Positions 8,505 to 18,090 of a stretch of DNA of 64,000 nucleotides are shown here, piece after piece (position 1 is the stretch's first letter; the number at the start of each line of letters is the position of its first letter). Position numbers and translations under genes: made by a program. A model generated the notes under the pieces. That model was not told where the DNA came from and did not search any database. It saw nothing but the letters and a program-made list of their open reading frames with translations. Source of the DNA: a virus; the IMG/VR virus record IMGVR_UViG_3300028844_005117, positions 1 through 64,000 of that record; one strand, 5' to 3'.

Positions 8505-8672
8505 ATGAAATACACTAAAGAACAAAAAGAAAAGGCTGCTTTGAAGGCTGTTGAGATTATGGAAAATGTCAGTATAACATCAACCAAAAGTTCGAGTAGA
8601 CTTCAAAGTAGACTTATTAACGAGTTGTGTCTTCTGTATAAGGAAATTGAATTCCTTAAAGGTATGTTATAA
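8505..8672 (+). CDS. 55-aa hypothetical protein (not in ORF track)
   Basis: MKYTKEQKEKAALKAVEIME...; starts directly after the lipoprotein. Confidence 0.5.
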   Translation: MKYTKEQKEKAALKAVEIMENVSITSTKSSSRLQSRLINELCLLYKEIEFLKGML

Positions 8673-9059
8673 AATTTAAATAATATGAAAGATTTTTGGA
8701 AACCAATAGGAATGTACATAAGTAAATTTGTAAGAAAACCTAAGTACTTAAGAACACCTAAAAAATAGAAATATGAATTTATATAAAATAACATACAACG
8801 GAAATACTCAATACATAGTAGCTAAATCTTATCAAGGTGTTCACGATACATGGCATCTAGTAAAAGACAGATACCAAATAACTAATATTGAATTAGTAGA
8901 AGAAAATATAAAAATTGAGACCACTTAAATTATTTCTACATTTAATGATAATACTTCATTTAATTATGTCGTATCTATCAGTAGTAAACAACGGGAAGCA
9001 TCTATGGCTTTATCTATTCTTTGCTGGGTATTTTATCCTTAGATTACGAAATGTAGAAA

Positions 9060-9323
9060 CTAAGTGATGTGAAGGTGTTTCTTTATAAATGGTAGTACAG
9101 CCTCAGTTTTTAAATAAAAGACACGACAGAGTATCAGAGATAGGGAATACATCGCACTATATCGTTCATTTGGGTTGGATAGTTTATATACCTTCCCATC
9201 TTCCTCAATTTTAATTACTCGTTTAAAATTGCCAGTTGTTGATGGGTATCCATTCTCGTTGACACGCATCCTTATTATTGGAAAACCCTCTTTTAAAAAT
9301 CTAAGTATAATTTCATCATTCAT
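9060..9323 (-). CDS. hypothetical protein
   Basis: ORF overlapping the upstream gene. Confidence 0.6.
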   Translation of the reverse strand: MNDEIILRFLKEGFPIIRMRVNENGYPSTTGNFKRVIKIEEDGKVYKLSNPNERYSAMYSLSLILCRVFYLKTEAVLPFIKKHLHIT

Positions 9324-9633
9324 TTACAATAATATATTCAAAGTCAATATCCTCAGTTAAGGTTTGTTCGTAATCACCACCAATTGATATATTATCCACA
9401 AATTGACGGTACCAATTCTTTTTAATTAATGGAGCGTTATTATCTAACAACCAATTAAAGGTTATTGCGTAAGAATAATCTTCCTCTAAATCAAATGTCC
9501 TTCTAATGAAATCCTCTAAATTTGAATAACCGATTTCAATCGAATCATTATCAATACTATATACACAACCACCCTCTATAGAACAATAGAAATTTTTATT
9601 TAAGAATTTTATTATCATATTTTTCATATACAA
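9316..9633 (-). CDS. hypothetical protein
   Basis: ORF; N-terminus weakly similar to 9060-9323 (IIxFLxxxF). Confidence 0.6.
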   Translation of the reverse strand: MYMKNMIIKFLNKNFYCSIEGGCVYSIDNDSIEIGYSNLEDFIRRTFDLEEDYSYAITFNWLLDNNAPLIKKNWYRQFVDNISIGGDYEQTLTEDIDFEYIIVNE

Positions 9634-9791
9634 TAATAGGATTTTTATTTGTAAAGGTAAAGATTAAAATGAGGTAATCATATGGTCACCAAACTCTTCC
9701 CAATCATCAATTTCATCTTCTGGTTCTTTTAACATAATAACTTTAAAAATAAATACTTGAAACTTTACTAAAAATAACGTATATTTGGGTA

Positions 9792-10115
9792 ATGGATAGT
9801 GAAGATAAATTAAGACGTTGGGTTGAGTATTCATTATGTGAATGGGCATTGGTAATATACCCAAGGTCTGGTTCTAAATCAACAACTTTCAATTCATTTT
9901 GTGAACGACTTAAAGAGTCAATAATAAATGATAATTTATCTAGTAGGGATAAAAATGTCTTAAGTTATATATCCTATAAGGCGAATAGAACGTTTTCTTT
10001 GAATGATAAAGATATTGGTGACATATGTTGTGGGTTCTTTATTAATGATAGATGGAATAGATACCAAAGGGCTATTAGATATATGAAAAAGGTTAACTGG
10101 GAATTAGTAGATTGA
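9792..10115 (+). CDS. hypothetical protein
   Basis: ORF with TATATTTG at 9780-9787. Confidence 0.55.
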   Translation: MDSEDKLRRWVEYSLCEWALVIYPRSGSKSTTFNSFCERLKESIINDNLSSRDKNVLSYISYKANRTFSLNDKDIGDICCGFFINDRWNRYQRAIRYMKKVNWELVD

Positions 10116-10392
10116 TTTAATTTTAATTCTACCAGCCTTGTATTCATATTCCTTCATTTTCAAGTATTCTCTTGCAACACCCCTTACTTTAGATATTGGG
10201 AAGACACCAATAAATGGTTTATGTGCGACCTCAGTTACACGCATGACCGCACCATCACGACTTTTACTTTGACCTTTAACATATTGATAAACTGCTGGAT
10301 GTGAGTCCAGTATCATTATGTTCATAGCTTTCCATATTAATGTTGTATCCGTCATTGAATATTTAATGTATTTATAAATAAACATAGAAATT

Positions 10393-10704
10393 ATGAAAAG
10401 TATAGTGGTGGACGACAAAACAATAAAAACATTCATTAATGAGGGTATCGTAGTATTAGACTTCTGGGCACCTTGGTGTGGTCCATGTAAAACCTTAGGA
10501 CCAATAATTGATTCATTAGCAAAAAATAATGAAGGTGTTAACGTTGGTAAAGTTAATGTTGATGATAGTGGAATTTCAGCGGCAGCTTATGGTATAAGAA
10601 CTATACCAACAATAATTTTCTTTAAAGATGGTGAGGAAAGTACAAGAATAAATGGTGTTCATTCGTTAAGTGCACTACAAAAAATTATTGATGAATTAGT
10701 CTAA
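10393..10704 (+). CDS. trxA: thioredoxin
   Basis: DFWAPWCGPCK active site; GIRTIPT. Confidence 0.95.
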   Translation: MKSIVVDDKTIKTFINEGIVVLDFWAPWCGPCKTLGPIIDSLAKNNEGVNVGKVNVDDSGISAAAYGIRTIPTIIFFKDGEESTRINGVHSLSALQKIIDELV

Positions 10705-10757
10705 CATTTTAGCTTTTTCAATGATTGGGAAATATTTATTATTAAACAATAAAGTTA

Positions 10758-11096
10758 ATGAAAATTAAAATAAACGATAGACAAGGCTTACTGTTAACTA
10801 AGTTTGTGATGAATGAATCAAATGATTATGAATTCATCATAAAGAACGTGGTTGATGACTTAAATCTTAACTATGAACCAACGGTTGGAATGTATCGTGA
10901 GGGTGGTGAATATTTTGAACAACCAATTGTCAAGATTAAAGCTGACAATGAAATGGTTTCACCAGAACATTTATTTTATTATTTAGAATACAAACATAAG
11001 GGTGCTGGGAAGTCATTATTAAAGCAGATTATTTTAGATTGGTTAAATGGTGATATAAAGAATTATAAATTAACGAAAAACGTTGGGCTGAGATAA
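10758..11096 (+). CDS. hypothetical late protein
   Basis: Late motif at 10733-10740; MKIKINDRQ N-terminus. Confidence 0.7.
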   Translation: MKIKINDRQGLLLTKFVMNESNDYEFIIKNVVDDLNLNYEPTVGMYREGGEYFEQPIVKIKADNEMVSPEHLFYYLEYKHKGAGKSLLKQIILDWLNGDIKNYKLTKNVGLR

Positions 11097-11100
11097 TGGA

Positions 11101-11430
11101 TTGGGTATGGGGTTGAAGAATAAAATAAGGAAAGCACTTAGAGAATCTTATGGAGAATTCACGACCAATTTAGAACACGAATATTTAAACGAAGTTACAC
11201 AAGCATTAATAGTAGGTTCAACACATGACAAGGAAGAATGGGCTACTTATAATCAAGTCATTGTAGAGTTAAAACACAACATAAAGGATACTTTAAAAGT
11301 TAGAGAATTATTGTATAGATTAACAAATCGTGAAGACCCAAACAATGCATGCATAGAAGTTATCAAAGAAATTAATGGTAGAACTGATGAACTTGAAAGG
11401 TTATATAATAAGATAAATAATTTTTCATAA
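11101..11430 (+). CDS. hypothetical protein
   Basis: KNKIRKALRES N-terminus; similar to the next gene. Confidence 0.65.
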   Translation: MGMGLKNKIRKALRESYGEFTTNLEHEYLNEVTQALIVGSTHDKEEWATYNQVIVELKHNIKDTLKVRELLYRLTNREDPNNACIEVIKEINGRTDELERLYNKINNFS

Positions 11431-11548
11431 TTATTTTCTGGGCATACATTAAGGAATCAAAGATAACCAAAAATTTAACACATTTTCTAGTCGAAACGGG
11501 TATCTCAATGCTATTTATTGTTATAAAATAAAAGTAAAAAATTGGCAC

Positions 11549-11887
11549 ATGAAAGATACTAATTTTAAAACACAAGCAAGTTTCAGTAATAATAATTCAC
11601 TAGAGAAAATGTATGGGAGATTACTTAGAACCACATTAATTAATATTGATGATGATAATGGGTACAGAGATGAAACATATAGAATAATAATATTTGAATT
11701 ACAAAAAGAACATGACTATAATACCTACGATGAAATCAAATATAGGATAACCGATGGTGAAGATGTTAATGAGGTTTTTTATGACATAATACAACGAGGG
11801 GATTATTCCAGTAGTGTAATATGGCTTATGAAAGAACAAATAGAATGTTATATTGACGAAGATAAATATAAAAGATTTTATCAATAA
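11549..11887 (+). CDS. hypothetical protein (paralog of 11101-11430)
   Basis: Shared EL-x10-ExxYRxTxxEDxN pattern. Confidence 0.65.
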   Translation: MKDTNFKTQASFSNNNSLEKMYGRLLRTTLINIDDDNGYRDETYRIIIFELQKEHDYNTYDEIKYRITDGEDVNEVFYDIIQRGDYSSSVIWLMKEQIECYIDEDKYKRFYQ

Positions 11888-11890
11888 GGA

Positions 11891-11918
11891 AATGTGGCTT
11901 CGGTCACATTTTTTTTTT
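11891..11918 (+). terminator. intrinsic terminator
   Basis: aatgtggc-ttcg-gtcacatt hairpin followed by a T run. Confidence 0.85.
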
Positions 11919-11974
11919 GAAATAATATTGCTTATATCATTTAGTTTTAGTACCTTTGTGGTAAATTAATAGTA

Positions 11975-13402
11975 ATGAGTAAATTAGACGTAACCGAAAG
12001 GTTAGCATTTTTAGCGGAAAAGTTTGATGTGTTTGAAACAGATTCAGATGGTAACGCTAATGATAAACGTAATAGTTTACATGAGGAAGGGTGGGAAAAA
12101 ATAAAAATATATGGTGGTCGTGAAAATCACTTGGTGATTGCTGTAGTATCATCAAAACCAAATAAAAGGGGGTTCCCTATTATTAAAGTTAGTGTAGCAT
12201 ATAATGTATTTACGGCTATGGTTGGTGCTGACCCGACACCGAACAAAATTTGTTTACAATGGATGCTTAATACATTCTGTAGAGATTTAAAGGAGGGGTA
12301 TGATGCTGAGGCAAGACGATTTGTTGAAGAGGACTTACCACAAGCTAATGAATACTTAACACTATTCGAGGCGAATAAAAGAAAGAAGAAGTTTAGGGAG
12401 ATGGCTGAATATAGTCTTAAGGGGTTTAAGGACATCACCAACATAAATGAATATAGAAGTTTAAGTCAATTATTTGATGCGGTAGACCCGTTCATTATAA
12501 GAGACCCAAGCGAGATTGAAAGTATAATGAATAGATATGTAAATATGGGACAAGCAACAATACCGTTTAAAGATAGACGATACACGGTATTTGTTCCTAA
12601 AACATTGGATGCTAATGTTATCTTTGATAGGTTTTCAAGTTGGTGTACAGCTAAGGCTGGTAATGGCATGTTTAAAAATTATACTGAGAATTATAGAAAA
12701 CCCAATGGTGATAAAGCAGATATCTACATTGTCATTGATAATGGGTTCTTTGAAGGGTTAAATGAGAATATTTATCAGTTACACTTTGAAACTAGACAGA
12801 TTAAGGATAGGAGTAATAGTATACATAAGAATACTGATTTATATGATGAAGTCTTAACAAGAAGTGTTGGGTTAACAAACTACTTAGGTAGTGAGTTGAT
12901 GGGGATGGCTAAGGATTTTAAAGACGGTGTTGATAGTAACTATTATATTGATATCTTGACTGAGTTTGGGTTTACTGAATCGTTGTTTGAATTCTTTGAT
13001 GAAGAGACACCGATTATAAAGATTGATTCTGGGACTTCAAATAAGAAGCGTAAGGTACCTAAATTACCAGATGTATCTAGATTTAAAGAATTAGAGATGA
13101 TGGTTATTATGGATTCATCATTATCAGTTTTACATCCATCGATTGGGTCATTGAAAAATTTGATGCTTCTTTCGTTGAATGGGAATAAAATAAAGGAATT
13201 ACCAAGTGAATTAGGGAAACTTAAAAACTTAGAGTTTCTTAACTTAGTTGGGAATCCCATTACGGTTATTCCAGAGTCAATTAAGATGTTAGATAAGTCT
13301 AGAGGTGGGAAACTATATAGACTAGCGATAAATAAAAAAGATATTAGTGAGAACAATTATCAAAAATTAGTGGAACTATTACCAAGTGTAAAGTTTAACT
13401 AA
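11975..13402 (+). CDS. leucine-rich repeat protein with N-terminal WCT-motif domain
   Basis: C-terminal LxxLxLxxNxIxxLP repeats; SSWCTA motif; TACCTTTG box at 11951. Confidence 0.8.
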   Translation: MSKLDVTERLAFLAEKFDVFETDSDGNANDKRNSLHEEGWEKIKIYGGRENHLVIAVVSSKPNKRGFPIIKVSVAYNVFTAMVGADPTPNKICLQWMLNTFCRDLKEGYDAEARRFVEEDLPQANEYLTLFEANKRKKKFREMAEYSLKGFKDITNINEYRSLSQLFDAVDPFIIRDPSEIESIMNRYVNMGQATIPFKDRRYTVFVPKTLDANVIFDRFSSWCTAKAGNGMFKNYTENYRKPNGDKADIYIVIDNGFFEGLNENIYQLHFETRQIKDRSNSIHKNTDLYDEVLTRSVGLTNYLGSELMGMAKDFKDGVDSNYYIDILTEFGFTESLFEFFDEETPIIKIDSGTSNKKRKVPKLPDVSRFKELEMMVIMDSSLSVLHPSIGSLKNLMLLSLNGNKIKELPSELGKLKNLEFLNLVGNPITVIPESIKMLDKSRGGKLYRLAINKKDISENNYQKLVELLPSVKFN

Positions 13403-13420
13403 TAATAATAAAAGATAATT

Positions 13421-13448
13421 AAAGCCTCACAATTGTGGGGCTTTTTTT
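13421..13448 (+). terminator. intrinsic terminator
   Basis: aagcctcac-aatt-gtggggctt followed by a T run. Confidence 0.8.
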
Positions 13449-13496
13449 GTTAATAGACTTCTATTTATGAATAGAGGTTATTAAAAATGTAAAATT

Positions 13497-14066
13497 ATGA
13501 GTGTTATGAAATGGAAAAGAGAAGGTAAAGGTGATTATGCTGGTCCAATTGGTAAGCCAATTGTTGAGTACTTAGAAAAGTTATTTGATGAAGAATTAGA
13601 AAAAGGATTCAGATTAAAGGTAGCTGTTGGTACCGATTCTCAAAAGAAGGGTGGTGGATATAAATTCGCTACAGTAATCCTAATCTCAACAGAAAGAAGT
13701 CTTGGGTTAGATAAGGATGGTACTGAAATTATGAAAGGTGGTGGTGCTATGATTATCGGTGCAACATTCTGGGAAGAAATGAAGGCTAGTACTAGGGCTA
13801 AGAAGCATAGGGAACTTGAGGTTCTTAACCAAAGAATGGTATTAGAAGTAAGTAAGTCTATTGAAGTGGCGTATGAAATTGCACCATTGTTAGATTTGTA
13901 TGGAATCAAGTTAGAGATTCACGCTGACATCAACCCAGACCCAGATAGAGGTGCATCTAACAGTGCTTTAAATGAGGCGGTTGGTTACATCTTAGGTATG
14001 GGTTATGAGTATAAGGTTAAACCAGAAGCATGGGCAGCTTCAAAAGCAGCTGATAATCTTTGCTAA
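13497..14066 (+). CDS. RNase H-like YkuK/DUF458 family protein
   Basis: VGTDSQ, RMVLEVSKSIEVA, EIHADIN, KPEAWAASKAAD. Confidence 0.85.
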   Translation: MSVMKWKREGKGDYAGPIGKPIVEYLEKLFDEELEKGFRLKVAVGTDSQKKGGGYKFATVILISTERSLGLDKDGTEIMKGGGAMIIGATFWEEMKASTRAKKHRELEVLNQRMVLEVSKSIEVAYEIAPLLDLYGIKLEIHADINPDPDRGASNSALNEAVGYILGMGYEYKVKPEAWAASKAADNLC

Positions 14067-14106
14067 CTATTGATTTTTACCCCGTCCTTAGTATATTTAT
14101 TGATGT

Positions 14107-14265
14107 ATGCATAAATTTCAATTAAAGACTAAGGACGGTGAGGTAATTAACAAGGTATATGCAACCTCTATTAATGAGGCACGTAGTATCTTTGCTAAGA
14201 TAAAACACTTACCAATAAGTGATTTAGTTAGACTCTTTAATGTTGTTATTGAGTCCAATACTTAG
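14107..14265 (+). CDS. 52-aa late protein (not in ORF track)
   Basis: MHKFQLKTKDGEVINK...; late motif at 14094-14101. Confidence 0.6.
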   Translation: MHKFQLKTKDGEVINKVYATSINEARSIFAKIKHLPISDLVRLFNVVIESNT

Positions 14266-14367
14266 ATTAGTTAATATTAAAATATAATTTATTTTGTATT
14301 ACTAAGATTTTTGTGGTATTTCAATATATTTATTATTAAAGATAATATTTTTTTAAACTTAATAGGT

Positions 14368-14586
14368 ATGTCAAAAAACACAAAACAAAAAACTGTCTTC
14401 ATTGAAGAAAACAACTTAGTTGATTTAATCGATAACATTATCACTGAGGCTGTTGCTTCTGAAAAGAAAGTATGGATTGCTGAAAACGAAAAGAAATCAG
14501 CACATAAAAACTCTCTTTTAGAATCAAGAGTTGCGAAACTAGAGAAGATGCTTTTGAATGCGAAAGTAACTAAAACAGTTAAGTAA
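14368..14586 (+). CDS. hypothetical late protein
   Basis: MSKNTKQK...; TATTTATT upstream; contains ITEA/LLES. Confidence 0.65.
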   Translation: MSKNTKQKTVFIEENNLVDLIDNIITEAVASEKKVWIAENEKKSAHKNSLLESRVAKLEKMLLNAKVTKTVK

Positions 14587-14610
14587 AAAACTTAAAAAAT
14601 TAAATAAATC

Positions 14611-14644
14611 ATAGCTGGTAACTTAATTGTTACTGGCTATTTTT
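14611..14644 (+). terminator. putative intrinsic terminator
   Basis: atagctggtaac...gttactggctat followed by tttt. Confidence 0.6.
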
Positions 14645-14696
14645 ATTCCCTAAACTTTAGCGTTTACATTGAGATGTACTATAGTATATTTAATCT

Positions 14697-15371
14697 ATGA
14701 TAAAGTTAATTAGAAGTACAACCCCTTTGTCGGTAGATATTTACCACGATGAGTTTATTGCTGCGGCTGAGAAAGCCTTCGACTGTACATCTAACGGAAA
14801 GTCAGAAACATATCCTTGGATGAAACCAGAGATACCTAATGAATTTGGTATTGGAGTCATTGTGGGTTCTAGTGGTTCTGGAAAATCAACATTATTAAAA
14901 GACTTTGGAGAAGAAGAAGAGCCTATTTGGTTCAATAGTAGGGCAATCGTATCACACTTCGAAACACCAGATGACGCAATGAATCGATTAATGGCTGTTG
15001 GTCTCAATACAATACCAGCATGGTACAGACCATTTCAATTCTTATCCAACGGTGAACAATTTAGAGCCGATTTAGCAAGGAAGATAAAGGATGGGGCGGT
15101 AATAGATGAATTTAGTTCAGTGGTTGATAGGAATGTTGCTAAGGCTGCTTCTGTTGCATTGTCACGTTATGTAAAGAAAAATAATATTAAGAATGTGGTC
15201 CTATCCACATGTCATCGAGATATACTTGAATGGATTGAACCAGATTGGGTTATAGATACAGATGTTGGTGAGTTCACTGACGGTTTTTTTTTACCCGACC
15301 AGAAATCAAAATCGACGTACACAGAATTGACAAGTCCCTATGGGGAATGTTTAAAGACCATCATTATTTAA
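14697..15371 (+). CDS. ABC-type ATPase (N-terminal part of a probable frameshift fusion)
   Basis: GSSGSGKST Walker A, LSNGEQFR signature, VIDEF Walker B, TCH switch. Confidence 0.85.
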   Translation: MIKLIRSTTPLSVDIYHDEFIAAAEKAFDCTSNGKSETYPWMKPEIPNEFGIGVIVGSSGSGKSTLLKDFGEEEEPIWFNSRAIVSHFETPDDAMNRLMAVGLNTIPAWYRPFQFLSNGEQFRADLARKIKDGAVIDEFSSVVDRNVAKAASVALSRYVKKNNIKNVVLSTCHRDILEWIEPDWVIDTDVGEFTDGFFLPDQKSKSTYTELTSPYGECLKTIII

Positions 15372-15772
15372 CTGGTGACCTATCTAATGCATCAAGATGT
15401 TATGCTGGGTATTGGGATGGACAATTAGTTGCATTCGGTGCCTCTATGACAATGCCTAATGGTTACATCAAGAATGCTTGGCGTGGTCATAGAACTGTAA
15501 TACTCCCAGATTATCAAGGTATGGGTATTGGTGTAAGGTTTTCAGATGCCATTGCAGAGATTCACCTTAACCAAGGTCATCGATATTTTTCAAGGACTGC
15601 ACACCCCCGCATGGGCTTCTATCGTGAGACCTCACCCTTATGGAAACCAACCTCTAAAAATAGAAAGCTTAGAAAGGATGTTACCCACGAGAATCTCTTT
15701 AATAATCACTATGCAGACAACAAACGAATATGTTTCAGTCACGAATATATAGGAAAAGATTTGCATAAGTGA
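15293..15772 (+). CDS. GNAT/Mom-like acyltransferase (C-terminal part, -1 frame)
   Basis: RPEIKI...FKDHHYL...RTVILPDYQGMGIG acetyl-CoA motif; frame opens at the T9 run upstream of ATG 15347. Confidence 0.8.
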   Translation, partial: TRPEIKIDVHRIDKSLWGMFKDHHYLTGDLSNASRCYAGYWDGQLVAFGASMTMPNGYIKNAWRGHRTVILPDYQGMGIGVRFSDAIAEIHLNQGHRYFSRTAHPRMGFYRETSPLWKPTSKNRKLRKDVTHENLFNNHYADNKRICFSHEYIGKDLHK

Positions 15773-15809
15773 TTTATATTTAGTAACTTGCACCCTTAAA
15801 CTAGAAATT

Positions 15810-16619
15810 ATGAAATACTTAAGTACAATAATGATAATTATGTTAATATTTTCAACCTTTATGATAGGTAAAATATTATATACAAATACTGATATGGATA
15901 AGGATTTGGGTAACAACCTAAATCCAACTAAGAGGTTGGACATTGATAAGTGTGTTGATTCCATTCCAGTACCATTAGGTAGTGTTAATGTTAAACAACG
16001 CATTGATAATAAATTAATTGAAAAGTTTGATGGTACTAATTTTGATTATGTTCATCCGAAGTTTAAAGCATTTAACCCTAATATTGATACTACAACGACA
16101 AGGTTTTTCGTAGGGGTTATGAGTGCGTATAAATTAGATGTAACAGATTATCATAGGCAAATGTATACTGGACAAATATTATTAGAATCTGGCGCAAAAC
16201 AATACTATGATGATGGTAGGTTGGTTGTTAGTTCTGGTGGGGCAATTGGTTTCACACAGATAATCCCATCAACATGTCAATGGATGTTAAAAACATATGC
16301 TGATTCTAACGATATTAATTTAATAAAAACACTAGGTGCAACAGACTTTACATTTGTGTTTGATACAGAACAATCAACATCTACTAAGGTTGCTAAGTGT
16401 AAAGAATGGTTATCTAACCCAGTTAATAATATTATAATGTGGGGATTCCTTACAAGTAAGAGTCTTGAAAAGAAAGGTGATGTTGATACTCAGTTAGTAT
16501 CATATAATATGGGTGATGGTGGATGTAGAATTTATATCCGTGATGGTGGTGTAGTTTGTAATCACCACTATATTACAGGTATTATGAGAAAATTAAATTA
16601 TGCGAAGTCACATTCTTAG
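15810..16619 (+). CDS. membrane-anchored lytic transglycosylase (SLT family)
   Basis: N-terminal TM segment; LLES, GAIGFTQI, SYNMG motifs. Confidence 0.75.
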   Translation: MKYLSTIMIIMLIFSTFMIGKILYTNTDMDKDLGNNLNPTKRLDIDKCVDSIPVPLGSVNVKQRIDNKLIEKFDGTNFDYVHPKFKAFNPNIDTTTTRFFVGVMSAYKLDVTDYHRQMYTGQILLESGAKQYYDDGRLVVSSGGAIGFTQIIPSTCQWMLKTYADSNDINLIKTLGATDFTFVFDTEQSTSTKVAKCKEWLSNPVNNIIMWGFLTSKSLEKKGDVDTQLVSYNMGDGGCRIYIRDGGVVCNHHYITGIMRKLNYAKSHS

Positions 16620-17227
16620 TGACTTCGTTGAATCATCATAAATGAGTCGTTAAGCCTCTTAGCTCCCATCTTAGCCCAGAACGCTCTACTTTCTGGTGTA
16701 GGAGTCACAAGAATTGTTTGAGACGATTCAAACTCTTTAAATATAGCGTGAATAGCTTCTTTGATTATAGTCATATAAAATGTATTATAATCTGGGTGTA
16801 ATTCAACAAATACTAATTCTAATGCTTGATTCATGGAATCATTTACAGCTACAGCTAGTTGTCCAGCATCTCTATCGTTGTATAATAACTTAAACGTAGT
16901 AGTATCTGTAGTTTCGTCAGTTACCCCAAGCTCAACATGTTCTCTGAATAGTCTCTTGATGTTTAATTTAGTAGATTCCTTGATGTGCCATTTTTTCTTA
17001 CCATCTTTTTCCATCTTCTTTAGACGTGTATAATAATCTGGAATCTCAACAAGATGGTCCATAGCAATTTCTTTAGCTAAATTTTTACTATTAACATGCT
17101 CCATTTCAATCTTGGTACCCATATCAAGTTCTTTGGTAACCTTCTGAATAGACACTTTAAATTTGTCTGCGATGTCCTTCTTGGTCATCTTATCAGCCTT
17201 ACCACCCTTTAATTTATCTTTATTCAT
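16616..17227 (-). CDS. DUF5661-like protein with C-terminal GNAT-like module
   Basis: GGKADK...GTKIEMEH...EIAMDHLVEIPDYYTRL; ESRAFWAKMG. Confidence 0.65.
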   Translation of the reverse strand: MNKDKLKGGKADKMTKKDIADKFKVSIQKVTKELDMGTKIEMEHVNSKNLAKEIAMDHLVEIPDYYTRLKKMEKDGKKKWHIKESTKLNIKRLFREHVELGVTDETTDTTTFKLLYNDRDAGQLAVAVNDSMNQALELVFVELHPDYNTFYMTIIKEAIHAIFKEFESSQTILVTPTPESRAFWAKMGAKRLNDSFMMIQRSH

Positions 17228-18048
17228 TACACTTTCTTTTTTCGTATTTTCTTAGGTGTATCCCTAGCTATCATTTTGTTCCACTTATTAACCTTAGTAG
17301 CAACAGGTGTGAAAACATCAGAAATCATCGCTATTGATAATCCTATACCAGTTAACCACCCAACTAGTGGTTTTATAGAGGATAAGTTTTTCATCATATC
17401 CCTTAAACCATTAAAAAAATCCAAAGAACTTATTAATGATGTTGCGAATCCACTTGTAAGAGTTTCAATACTATTTTCTATTGGTTTGATTAACTTTATG
17501 GAGATATAATTAATTAACAATAATAAACCAGCCTTTAATAAGAACCCCCTCCAACCATCTTGACTTAGTAGTTTTTTAATTATATCAGTTACTTTTTTAA
17601 GGACACCTAAGATTTTATCTGCAACCTTAGCAGCCTTACCCTTAATCTTATCTACAATTACCTCAATGGTTGTTGTGAATTTTTGTAATCCAGTCTCAAG
17701 ATTTGTACCCATCAACGAATTACTCACTATCATTGTATTTCTACTTTGGACCATGTCTTTTAATAATACCATTATATCTGGTATTGATTTTACAACCTCA
17801 ACAGTTTTATCATACTTATCTTTTACATAGCTTTTTATTGATGATAACATATCTTCAAAAAGTAATTGTTCTTCAATAATTCTTTTTCTAATTGATAGGT
17901 CTAAGTGTTCATTAAGACTTGTATTAATACCTAATATATGATTAACATGTTCCCAATCATTAATTAATCTTAATGATTCTTCCGACAATAATCGTTTCTT
18001 TTCATTTAAAATTAACTCTTCCCTTAGTAGTGTTTTTACAATAACCAT
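17227..18048 (-). CDS. late protein with hydrophobic helices
   Basis: Late motif at 18052-18059; KTLLREELILNE N-terminus. Confidence 0.65.
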   Translation of the reverse strand: MVIVKTLLREELILNEKKRLLSEESLRLINDWEHVNHILGINTSLNEHLDLSIRKRIIEEQLLFEDMLSSIKSYVKDKYDKTVEVVKSIPDIMVLLKDMVQSRNTMIVSNSLMGTNLETGLQKFTTTIEVIVDKIKGKAAKVADKILGVLKKVTDIIKKLLSQDGWRGFLLKAGLLLLINYISIKLIKPIENSIETLTSGFATSLISSLDFFNGLRDMMKNLSSIKPLVGWLTGIGLSIAMISDVFTPVATKVNKWNKMIARDTPKKIRKKKV

Positions 18049-18062
18049 AATTATAAATACAT

Positions 18063-18090
18063 AAAAAAAGGCGCAAATTGCGCCTTTTCT
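18063..18090. terminator. terminator hairpin downstream of clpC
   Basis: aaaaggcgca-aat-tgcgcctttt flanked by A/T runs. Confidence 0.75.

Noticed and set aside
10104-10436. Minus-strand 110-aa ORF overlapping the thioredoxin start
   Set aside because: A shorter version starting near 10355 may be real, but the annotated start conflicts with trxA and nothing supports a call
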